Positions 10,892 to 17,606 are shown, counted from the first letter of the stretch. The stretch is 24,000 nt of DNA from Parvibaculum sp. (GCF_046297875.1 NZ_JBKBHD010000001.1:1729273-1753272), one strand, 5' to 3'. Numbers and translations: made by a program. Notes: generated by a model from the sequence alone, not told the origin.

Positions 10892-12082
10892 ATGACCGCA
10901 CCAACCGCGCATAGATTGGCGGCAAAATATTATGAGGCTAATCTTGGCAGAGAATTCAGATGCAGTTTTAAAGGACATGGGAAAGTGGACAGAGTCTCTC
11001 GAAGAATAAAGGCGCTCGAAGATCAGGCGCTTTACGAAGATGACACGAACGAGGTCCCACCGTCTGATATCGTCGCTTACAACGAGCTGCGATCTTGTGC
11101 CGATCTTTTCAGAATGGCCAACCAAGGGATTTTAGATATCCAACCCGATTTCCAGCGCGATATCGTTTGGAAAGGCACGGATCAGACCCGTTTCGTGGAT
11201 TCGCTAATCAAACAACTTCCGATCCCTAGCATGTGCTTTGCTATGGACCACCGCGCTCAACGTTGGATAGTTATCGATGGTCTGCAGCGGATCTCGACAA
11301 TTGTCAGATTTCTGAGAGGCGAGGATTGGCGACTTTCGCAGCTCGACGATATAAACCAAGACATTGCCGGTAAAACAGCTGCTGCGATTAAGACGTCTAC
11401 AGATGATCTGCATCAATACTATTCAAGGGTTGAGAATCAAACCCTCCCGATAAATGTTCTTCGTTGCAATTTTCAGAAACGAGAACACATGGAATATCTG
11501 TTCACGATTTTTCACCGGTTGAATGCCGGCGGGATAAAGTTGAACAATCAGGAGATTCGAAACTGCATATTTAGCGGACCGTTCAATGAGCTTCTCAAAG
11601 ATTTGGATCAATATGTGCCGTGGAGAAAACTCAACCGTATGTCTGCCGAGGGATTGTATCGATTCACAAAGCAAGAGCTAATACTGAGATTCTTTGCATT
11701 CTTGGAACAGCGAGGAAAGTACAAAGGGCAAGTGGCCAAGTTTTTGAACAGCTACATGCATGAAAACCGTAACGCTGACTTAGATACACTCGATCAAAAA
11801 TCCAGACTGTTTCGCCGGACGGTTGACGTCATTCTTCGGACTGTCTTTTCGGAAGGGCCCCCAACAAAGATGCCGGTGACAATTATGGAGTCACTTCTGG
11901 TTGGAGTGGCTGCCAATATTGAGAGATTGGAATCAATAGACGCGGTCTCGGCCCACGAGATGTATGTCAAATTGATCGAGCATCCGCACTTTTCAGAGGA
12001 CGCGTTAGCTGAGGGCTTGTCGAAGAAACCGAAAGTCGAGGAGCGTTTCTCAACAGCCGTAGAGATATTTGCGGGACGTTAA
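10892..12082 (+). CDS. DUF262 domain protein (ParB/sulfiredoxin-like NTPase fold, GmrSD N-terminal-domain type) lacking a DUF1524/HNH nuclease domain
   Basis: DUF262 signatures are present: IQPDFQRDIVW (FQR at 11150-11158), IVIDGLQRISTI (DGLQR at 11276-11290, a variant of DGQQR), and FHRLNAGGIKLNNQEIRN. The product is 396 aa and I recognise no C-terminal His-Me finger motif. Confidence 0.85.
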   Translation: MTAPTAHRLAAKYYEANLGREFRCSFKGHGKVDRVSRRIKALEDQALYEDDTNEVPPSDIVAYNELRSCADLFRMANQGILDIQPDFQRDIVWKGTDQTRFVDSLIKQLPIPSMCFAMDHRAQRWIVIDGLQRISTIVRFLRGEDWRLSQLDDINQDIAGKTAAAIKTSTDDLHQYYSRVENQTLPINVLRCNFQKREHMEYLFTIFHRLNAGGIKLNNQEIRNCIFSGPFNELLKDLDQYVPWRKLNRMSAEGLYRFTKQELILRFFAFLEQRGKYKGQVAKFLNSYMHENRNADLDTLDQKSRLFRRTVDVILRTVFSEGPPTKMPVTIMESLLVGVAANIERLESIDAVSAHEMYVKLIEHPHFSEDALAEGLSKKPKVEERFSTAVEIFAGR

Positions 12083-12583
12083 ATGATTTCTAGAACGGAG
12101 ATTGATCGGAATTTGAGAGCGCTCAACGGCAAGTTCCTTAAGGCAAGGCGAACAAAAGATGCTTTGTTCTTTTCGAAGCTGGCAATTATGGAATTGGGCG
12201 GGTGGATTGAGGTTTCGATGGATGACGTTGTGCGTCGTTGTTCAAAACGCATTCTCAAAGAGAGGGACAATCTTCAGCTGATTGAAACTAGCATCAAAAA
12301 GAATCACGGATTTAATTACAAGGAAAATTTCCGCCGTATGCTGATAGATCTAGTCGGAATTGTGAATGTTGAGCGAATCGAACGTCGAGCAGATCAGTCT
12401 AAGCGTTTGAAGATGGAGGCTGCGCTGAAGCACATTAAGGCATCGCGTGATCCCGAGGCCCATACTTACATAAAAGGAACCACTCGGACCATTGATGCGC
12501 CTTCACTTACTTACAGTAAGTTCGTTGATATTTACGAAGGACTTCAGGAGATAGAAAGAGTGTGTAGGTCGCAAAAATTTTGA
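12083..12583 (+). CDS. small alpha-helical protein with R-x4-H HEPN-type motif (putative HEPN RNase partner of DUF262)
   Basis: The ATG at 12083 directly abuts the TAA of the DUF262 gene (TAAATG). The product is 166 aa and looks helix-prone. The motif ASRDPEAH (R122 at 12446-12448, H127 at 12461-12463) fits the HEPN Rx4-6H signature, with a polar residue after the Arg, and lies about 40 aa from the C-terminus. The fold assignment is not verified. Confidence 0.55.
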   Translation: MISRTEIDRNLRALNGKFLKARRTKDALFFSKLAIMELGGWIEVSMDDVVRRCSKRILKERDNLQLIETSIKKNHGFNYKENFRRMLIDLVGIVNVERIERRADQSKRLKMEAALKHIKASRDPEAHTYIKGTTRTIDAPSLTYSKFVDIYEGLQEIERVCRSQKF

Positions 12584-12585
12584 GT

Positions 12586-13002
12586 TTATTTCTCCAAGAA
12601 CTCCGATATCACTTTTTCCAATGTGCGGGTATCTTTCACTGCGCACTCCCAAATTATCAATTTCTCCCATCCTTCGGCGATTAGACGTTCCTCGGTCTCT
12701 TTGTCCCTTTTTTTGTTCCTATTTAGCTTTTTACTCCAATATTGTTCATTGGACTTCGGCATCCGTCCATCGAGGCAGGCCGGGTCGCTATGCTGATGCC
12801 AGAAGCATCCATGGACGAAAATCACTTTCCGGCGCGAGGAAAAGACCAGATCGGGTTTGCCAGGAAGGTCCTTGCGATGCAGACGGTAGCGGTATCCCAT
12901 GCCGTGCACGAGCCGCCGGACAATCATTTCCGGCTTCATGTTCTTGCTTCGAATGCGCCGCATGTTTTCGCTGCGCCGTTCCTTCGAAATCCTGTCAGAC
13001 AT
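12586..13002 (-). CDS. vsr: very short patch repair endonuclease Vsr
   Basis: The 138-aa product is classic Vsr. It shows RSENMRRIRSKNMKPE, YRYRLHRKDLPGKPDLVF, IFVHGCFWHQH, YWSKKLNRNKKRD and IIWECA. Confidence 0.95.
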   Translation of the reverse strand: MSDRISKERRSENMRRIRSKNMKPEMIVRRLVHGMGYRYRLHRKDLPGKPDLVFSSRRKVIFVHGCFWHQHSDPACLDGRMPKSNEQYWSKKLNRNKKRDKETEERLIAEGWEKLIIWECAVKDTRTLEKVISEFLEK

Positions 13003-13006
13003 TGCG

Positions 13007-13891
13007 TTAGTCGATCAGTTTGGTCCGCCGCAGGTAACTGAGGTCTGTTTCATTGCGCGGGCTGACAGCAATCATTTCGTCGTCACCCGTATGCGGTGCC
13101 TTCAGAATCCGGAGAGCTGCCTTGTCGTAAAAGCCCGAGAGTAGCGCGACGCCTTCCGTACGAAGAATATCTCTGGCGCCTTGATTTCCACGGAGACGCT
13201 TCATGTAGTCCCGCTGATCGAAGAGAAGGGCCTGAATGACAGAACGGTGAACCGGCCTGCCGATATTCTCACGAAAGAACTGGGCAGCCCTTTTTGTACC
13301 GCCAGAAATCTCTCTTAGCTCCCGGAAGCGTTGCATATCGAGACCTTCCCAGTGACCTCGGGGATAAGGGGCTTCATTCACAAGCCATAGAATGTTTTTG
13401 AATGCCCCTTTCCTGACGCTCCTCTTCCTGTCCTGATTGGGGCTGTTCAGATAAGCGTCGCGTGCCAGCATGACGCCCATCCAGCACCGCTGATCCTGCT
13501 CGTCAAATGCGACCACGATGCAAGGCTCTTCGCTGCGATAGATTTCAGGGGGAATCATCCAGGATTCGCGGGTCGTATTCTTCACATCGACGTCCATTCC
13601 GTCGATGACCAGGTCCCGCAAACCCTTTGGGACATCCAGCATATCGCGAATGAAGTGTTCGACCTTCAAGCCAATAAATGTCTTCTCGACATTGTCCAGG
13701 TCTGACAGGCGCGTACGGCCTGTGCGGACCGGGTCCAGCACGAAATCAACCGCATCCCGCACGAGGACTGGCAGCTTTTCTTCAAGAGCGGTTTTGCCAC
13801 CGGCACGATTCAGAACAAACCTGGCAATCTGATCCAGAACGGGGAAGTCTGGGTGTCCGGCCTTGACAATGCTTTCCGGAATATTCTTCAT
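13007..13891 (-). CDS. type II restriction endonuclease, NaeI-like (PD-(D/E)xK)
   Basis: It sits between the m5C MTase and vsr in one operon. E78...D93...D102-V-K104 have the same spacing as the NaeI catalytic residues as I remember them (E70/D86/D95/K97). The WMIPPE and DYMKRLRGNQGARDILRTEG segments resemble NaeI from memory. Neither the family nor GCCGGC specificity has been confirmed. Confidence 0.6.
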   Translation of the reverse strand: MKNIPESIVKAGHPDFPVLDQIARFVLNRAGGKTALEEKLPVLVRDAVDFVLDPVRTGRTRLSDLDNVEKTFIGLKVEHFIRDMLDVPKGLRDLVIDGMDVDVKNTTRESWMIPPEIYRSEEPCIVVAFDEQDQRCWMGVMLARDAYLNSPNQDRKRSVRKGAFKNILWLVNEAPYPRGHWEGLDMQRFRELREISGGTKRAAQFFRENIGRPVHRSVIQALLFDQRDYMKRLRGNQGARDILRTEGVALLSGFYDKAALRILKAPHTGDDEMIAVSPRNETDLSYLRRTKLID

Positions 13892-13911
13892 GCGCCGACG
13901 CTATACGGCGC
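13892..13911 (-). promoter_or_regulatory. perfect 6-bp hairpin abutting the restriction endonuclease start codon
   Basis: GCGCCG-N8-CGGCGC lies at 13892-13911. On the mRNA its 3' arm ends at the nucleotide before the AUG (13891). No Shine-Dalgarno-like purine run is visible in the 44-nt MTase-REase spacer. Confidence 0.35.
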
Positions 13912-13935
13912 TTGAGCGGAATTCTAGAGCTTAGC

Positions 13936-14898
13936 TTAGGCGCTTCTGCGAAGCGGTCTGCTATTCCGTTGCAAAGCAATGGCTATGTACTCGGCAACCG
14001 CCTGTGCAACCGGTGGCGGAAATGCATTCCCGACCTGTCTATAGGCAGCGGTTTTGCGGCCGGTAAAATACCAATCGTCAGGAAACCCCTGAAGCCGTGC
14101 GACCATCTGAACGGTCAGGCGCGGCATACCTGCGAAATTGGCGTCGGGTGCTTCCTCGGCAATGGTCATGCCATTGACGCCCAATGCGGCCCAGGCTTTC
14201 TTTGCGCGCGTCGGACCGAGATCGGGGCCGCCATGTTTCTTTGATCCGCCAACGATTGTAGGTGCAATTTCATTTGCGCGCGCAGCCCATGTCTTGGCGC
14301 CCCGCCACCCATTGGCCGCCATTAGATCGGCCAATGTTTCACCGACAGTTTTCGGCTTGCGCAAGGATTCTGTTGGCCAGACGAATGCGTCTGCCTGTTC
14401 CTTTCTGATTGCGGCAATTACAACTCTCGGGCGCAATTGGGGTACACCAAACCCGGACGCATTGAGGAGCCTCCAGTCAGTTGCGTAGCCTAGTTTGTCC
14501 AGTTGCTGCCGCAGTCCTTCTCTGTATTCACGGAAAACCGGATCGAGAAATCCGCGCACATTCTCGATCATCACAGCGCGGGGCCTGATGGCATCGATAA
14601 TGTCGATGGCGTCTGGAAACAGATTGCGCTCGTCGGCGGCGCCTAGCTGCCTTCCTGCAACCGAAAAAGGAGGACATGGCAGGCCGCCTGCAACAAGGTC
14701 GACACCTTTGAAGTCTGCCGCTCTTTCCTTGAACAGCCGAAGGTCTTCTTCAAAAACTTTCCACCCGGCGCGGTTGTGACGAAGGGTATTGCAGCAATGA
14801 GGGTCAATTTCGACAAGCGCCTCGTGTTCAAAGCCGGCCATTTCAAGGCCAAGGGCCTGTCCGCCGGCTCCCGCGCACAATTCGATGGATGTCAACAT
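13936..14898 (-). CDS. DNA (cytosine-5)-methyltransferase
   Basis: The m5C MTase motifs are present: I (ELCAGAGG), IV (GGLPCPPFS), VI (ENV), and X (GNAFPPPVA). GAGGGGAAAG lies upstream of ATG 14898. Confidence 0.95.
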   Translation of the reverse strand: MLTSIELCAGAGGQALGLEMAGFEHEALVEIDPHCCNTLRHNRAGWKVFEEDLRLFKERAADFKGVDLVAGGLPCPPFSVAGRQLGAADERNLFPDAIDIIDAIRPRAVMIENVRGFLDPVFREYREGLRQQLDKLGYATDWRLLNASGFGVPQLRPRVVIAAIRKEQADAFVWPTESLRKPKTVGETLADLMAANGWRGAKTWAARANEIAPTIVGGSKKHGGPDLGPTRAKKAWAALGVNGMTIAEEAPDANFAGMPRLTVQMVARLQGFPDDWYFTGRKTAAYRQVGNAFPPPVAQAVAEYIAIALQRNSRPLRRSA

Positions 14899-15078
14899 AT
14901 CGGTGGCTTTCCCCTCATTAAGCCCAAATGTAGTGGTGCTTTACTCTTGAGTCATGGCGAAACTTGTTTCTATTTTGTTCCTTTTGTCTGTCTGACGCAA
15001 GCTGAAGCTGGGCCGATTTGGAACGTAGTTTTGGAGCGCACTGGAGATGGCGAAAGGCTGCGTGTGGTTTAGCAGCGC

Positions 15079-16167
15079 CTAGACTTCCTCCAACTCCCCC
15101 ACGAGCTCCGCAATATCCTCCGGCAACGGAGCATCGAAGCTGAGGTGTTCGCCGGTCACCGGGTGCTCGAAGCCGAGGTGCCAGGCGTGGAGGGCCTGGC
15201 GGTCGAGGCGGGCAAGCGCCGTGCGGGCTTCGTCGGAGAGTTTTGAGGCGCGGGTTTTCATGCCGGTGCCATAGGTGGGGTCGCCCAGCACCGGGTGGCC
15301 GATATGCGTCATGTGCACGCGGATCTGGTGGGTGCGGCCGGTTTCGAGCCGGCATTCGACGAGCGAGACGAGGCCGTCTGCGAATTCCTGCTCCACCTCG
15401 TAATGCGTGATGGCGCGGCGGCCGGCGGTGTTGTCGTCGCCTTCATCTTCGTTCCGCCGCGCGCGCGGCTTCAGCGCCGCCATCTTCATGCGGTTGTGGC
15501 TCGAGCGCGCGATATTCGCGTCCACCGTGCCGCGCTTTGGCGATGGCACGCCCCAGACCAGCGCCTTGTAGGCGCGGGTCAGTTTTCCGTCGCGGCCATG
15601 CGCGGCGAATTGTTCGGCGAGGCCGCGATGCGCGCGGTCGGTCTTGGCGACGACCATCAGGCCAGAGGTTTCCTTGTCGAGCCGGTGGACGATGCCGGGC
15701 CTGCGCTCGCCGCCAATGCCCGACAGCGTTTCGCCGCAATGGGCGATCAGCGCATTCACAAGCGTCATGTCGGGATTGCCGGGGGCGGGATGCACCACGA
15801 GCCCCGCCGGTTTCATCACCACAATGAGGTCTGCATCCTCGTAAACGACATCGAGCGGGATCGCCTGTCCCTCGGGCCTTGCGGGCGCGGGCGGCGGCAA
15901 GGTGAGCGTCAGCCGTTCGCCCGCTTTCACACGATATGAGGCATCGGTGAGCGGGCGCGGCCGCGTGCCCTCGATTTCGACGCGACCTTCCTCGATCAAT
16001 TGCTTCACGCGGGCGCGGGACGGCGGCCCCTCGGCGTTTTCCTCCGCCTCGAACTTGCGGGCGAGCGCATCCGTGAGATACTTGTCGAGGCGCATGCCGC
16101 TTTCGTCATCAGCGACGGTCAGGGCGTGGCGCGTTTCATCATCTGAAGGCAGGGCGGCGGACATCAT
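15079..16167 (-). CDS. rluD: 23S rRNA pseudouridine synthase, RluA/RluD family
   Basis: There is an S4-like N-terminus (MRLDKYL...RVKQLIEEGRVEIEG), a catalytic HRLDKETSGLMVVAK, and HQIRVH. The start is placed at the MMSAALP/MSAALP ATGs (16167 or 16164) rather than the track start 16302. Confidence 0.9.
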   Translation of the reverse strand: MMSAALPSDDETRHALTVADDESGMRLDKYLTDALARKFEAEENAEGPPSRARVKQLIEEGRVEIEGTRPRPLTDASYRVKAGERLTLTLPPPAPARPEGQAIPLDVVYEDADLIVVMKPAGLVVHPAPGNPDMTLVNALIAHCGETLSGIGGERRPGIVHRLDKETSGLMVVAKTDRAHRGLAEQFAAHGRDGKLTRAYKALVWGVPSPKRGTVDANIARSSHNRMKMAALKPRARRNEDEGDDNTAGRRAITHYEVEQEFADGLVSLVECRLETGRTHQIRVHMTHIGHPVLGDPTYGTGMKTRASKLSDEARTALARLDRQALHAWHLGFEHPVTGEHLSFDAPLPEDIAELVGELEEV

Positions 16168-16573
16168 GGGCGAGACTATATCACCGGAAGGTTCCACGTC
16201 GCGCGAGGCGCCAGAACCGGGCCAGCCTCTTGATGAAGCAAAGCTGAGGAAGCTGAAGCTCCTCATGGGCATGATGTCGGGCTTTCTCGTGCTCACCTTC
16301 ATGGTGGTGATCGCCGCCTTTGTCTGGCGCCTGTCGGGCGGCGGCGCGGAAGGCGGGGCGCCGCGTGCGTCGCTGCCGGCCGGTTATTTCGGCATTTCGC
16401 ATGTCGGCATAGCGCCGGGCCAGATGGTGCGTTCCGTCACGCTGGGCGAGGGCCGTGTCGCCATCCATGTCACGGGCGGCGACGCCGACATGGTGATCCT
16501 CGCCGATCCGAAGAGCGGCGCCGAGCTTGGCCGTATCGTGGTCACGCCCATGTCCGATTTCGCGGCGCGATGA
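16166..16573 (+). CDS. small single-pass membrane protein, function unknown
   Basis: MGETISPEG...LRKLKLLMGMMSGFLVLTFMVVIAAFVW has one TM helix followed by a soluble domain of about 70 aa. It is in frame with the distal part of track ORF 15902..16573, whose 5' part is antisense to rluD. An alternative start is ATG 16265. Confidence 0.6.
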   Translation: MGETISPEGSTSREAPEPGQPLDEAKLRKLKLLMGMMSGFLVLTFMVVIAAFVWRLSGGGAEGGAPRASLPAGYFGISHVGIAPGQMVRSVTLGEGRVAIHVTGGDADMVILADPKSGAELGRIVVTPMSDFAAR

Positions 16574-16891
16574 GATCGCGCCCAGGGTTTGATTTCGCTG
16601 TGCGCTGATCGCATCACAAGGATTGCCGGACATCCCAATGCCAGCCGCCGCGCCGGAAGCCTTCCGCGCGGGCCATCATGCTGCCGATTTTCGGGGGAGG
16701 GAGGGTGCCGCCGGTGCCGGGGGAGGAGGGAGGATGGCACCGGCGGCAATCTGAAAACCGGTCGGGGAGGAGGTCGACCGGCGTTTCGTGACACCAATAT
16801 CGCCATGAAATGACATATTGTCAATCGTGATTTTTGTGCGTTGCAAAACTTTAACGTAGATTGGGATGAGAGCGGATTGCAGTGTAACTAT

Positions 16892-16920
16892 ATGAAATCC
16901 CTTACGTAAATTGCTAAAAT
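16892..16920 (+). promoter_or_regulatory. possible sigma-70-type promoter (ATGAAA-N17-TAAAAT) upstream of tRNA-Glu
   Basis: TAAAAT at 16915-16920 has a weak -35 (ATGAAA, 16892-16897) at 17-nt spacing, inside an AT-rich non-coding stretch. This is pattern match only. Confidence 0.25.
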
Positions 16921-17087
16921 GCGGAGTTTCGGACCGCGAAATCCGGCCCGGTGCGGTCGAATGACGCAGTGCGGGGAATTTGTTTTAGGGGGCAACCCCT
17001 AGTCTCTCTGGGGAGCGCGGCAGGGCGCAAACGAATGCTCTTGCGCGGCCCGGCACGGCATCATAGAAGGGGCGCCCGAACTGGTCC

Positions 17088-17163
17088 GTCCCCTTCGTCT
17101 AGCGGTCCAGGACGTCGCCCTCTCACGGCGAAAACAGGGGTTCGAGTCCCCTAGGGGACGCCA
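17088..17163 (+). tRNA. tRNA-Glu (anticodon CUC)
   Basis: A 76-nt cloverleaf folds by hand. The acceptor stem is GTCCCCT/AGGGGAC, with discriminator G and an encoded CCA. The anticodon stem is TCGCC/GGCGA with loop CT-CTC-AC. The T arm is AGGGG-TTCGAGT-CCCCT. Confidence 0.95.
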
Positions 17164-17195
17164 TTTTCTCTTTTGAAAATCAACGTTTCACGCTG

Positions 17196-17606
17196 TCAGA
17201 AATAGACAGCGGCCGCTTCCATGGCCAGTGCGATCAGCGAACCAAGCAGGAGGATCACGGTCGAGGCGAGGCCGACGGTGAATCCGGTGGAGCGCTTGAG
17301 CGCCGCCGCATAGTAGCCGCGGGCATAGAGAACGCGGCCGACGGGATAGAAGATGCCAATGGCGGCGGCCCAGATGTCGCCGACCGTCAGCGCGAAGAGC
17401 CAGATCGCCGGCAGGAACAGCAGCAGGTTTTCGGCTGTATTTCCCTGAACCCTCAGCACACGAAGGAAGTCGTCGGGCCCGTCCATGCGGGGCGCCGGAA
17501 TGCCGAATGCGGCGCGCGCCTTGCCGACCTTGAAGGCCATCCAGAAATAGACGATGAGCGTAATGATCGTGACCAGGCCGGTCAGCGGATAGGCGAAGGA
17601 CGTCAT
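17196..17606 (-). CDS. MAPEG family membrane protein (glutathione-transferase-like)
   Basis: The 136-aa product has 4 TM segments. It shows ...KVGKARAAFGI..P.M.G...F.R..R.Q.NT.E.L..FLP..W.. and the pattern VGRVLYARGY, which is typical of MAPEG. Confidence 0.8.
   Translation of the reverse strand: MTSFAYPLTGLVTIITLIVYFWMAFKVGKARAAFGIPAPRMDGPDDFLRVLRVQGNTAENLLLFLPAIWLFALTVGDIWAAAIGIFYPVGRVLYARGYYAAALKRSTGFTVGLASTVILLLGSLIALAMEAAAVYF

Larger units (their letters stand above)
10870..15078. other. AT-richer genomic islet (defence island) inserted between rpoH and rluD
   Basis: Hand-counted 60-nt lines give about 38-53% GC inside the islet, against about 65-75% in the flanking genes. All five genes inside are restriction/defence-type. 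No integrase, transposase or flanking direct repeat was seen. Confidence 0.7.

Noticed and set aside
10667-11125. 152-aa minus-strand ORF spanning the islet's left border
   Set aside because: It overlaps the DUF262 gene's 5' end in antisense and crosses a sharp compositional boundary. It has no motifs.
13919-13929. GAATTCTAGAG (overlapping EcoRI/XbaI sites, reminiscent of a cloning or BioBrick scar) between the MTase and REase genes
   Set aside because: It is a short string with no other vector-like sequence around it, and it sits in a natural-looking operon spacer. It is most likely coincidence.
14954-14995. 13-codon mini-ORF (MAKLVSILFLLSV) in the MTase-rluD spacer
   Set aside because: It is too short, has no SD, and nothing distinguishes it from chance in AT-richer DNA.
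10871-15081. Possible flanking direct repeats (att-like): GCGGCCGCTAGG at the left border versus GCAGCGCCTAGA at the right border
   Set aside because: Only about 8 of 11 positions match, and only after ad hoc alignment, which is indistinguishable from chance. I do not claim a target-site duplication.
15295-15939. 214-aa plus-strand ORF inside rluD, and the 5' part of track ORF 15902..16573
   Set aside because: They are antisense to the pseudouridine synthase gene. Only the distal portion of 15902..16573 (from ATG 16166) looks like a real protein.
16384-16824. ORFs 16384..16824 (-) and 16589..16813 (+) in the GC-rich region after the small membrane-protein gene
   Set aside because: The minus-strand ORF overlaps the plus-strand gene, and both translate to Arg/Gly/Pro-rich junk. 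The region does contain an 8-bp inverted repeat (CCGGTGCC...GGCACCGG, about 16710-16745) that may be a transcript 3' structure, but there is no support for coding.
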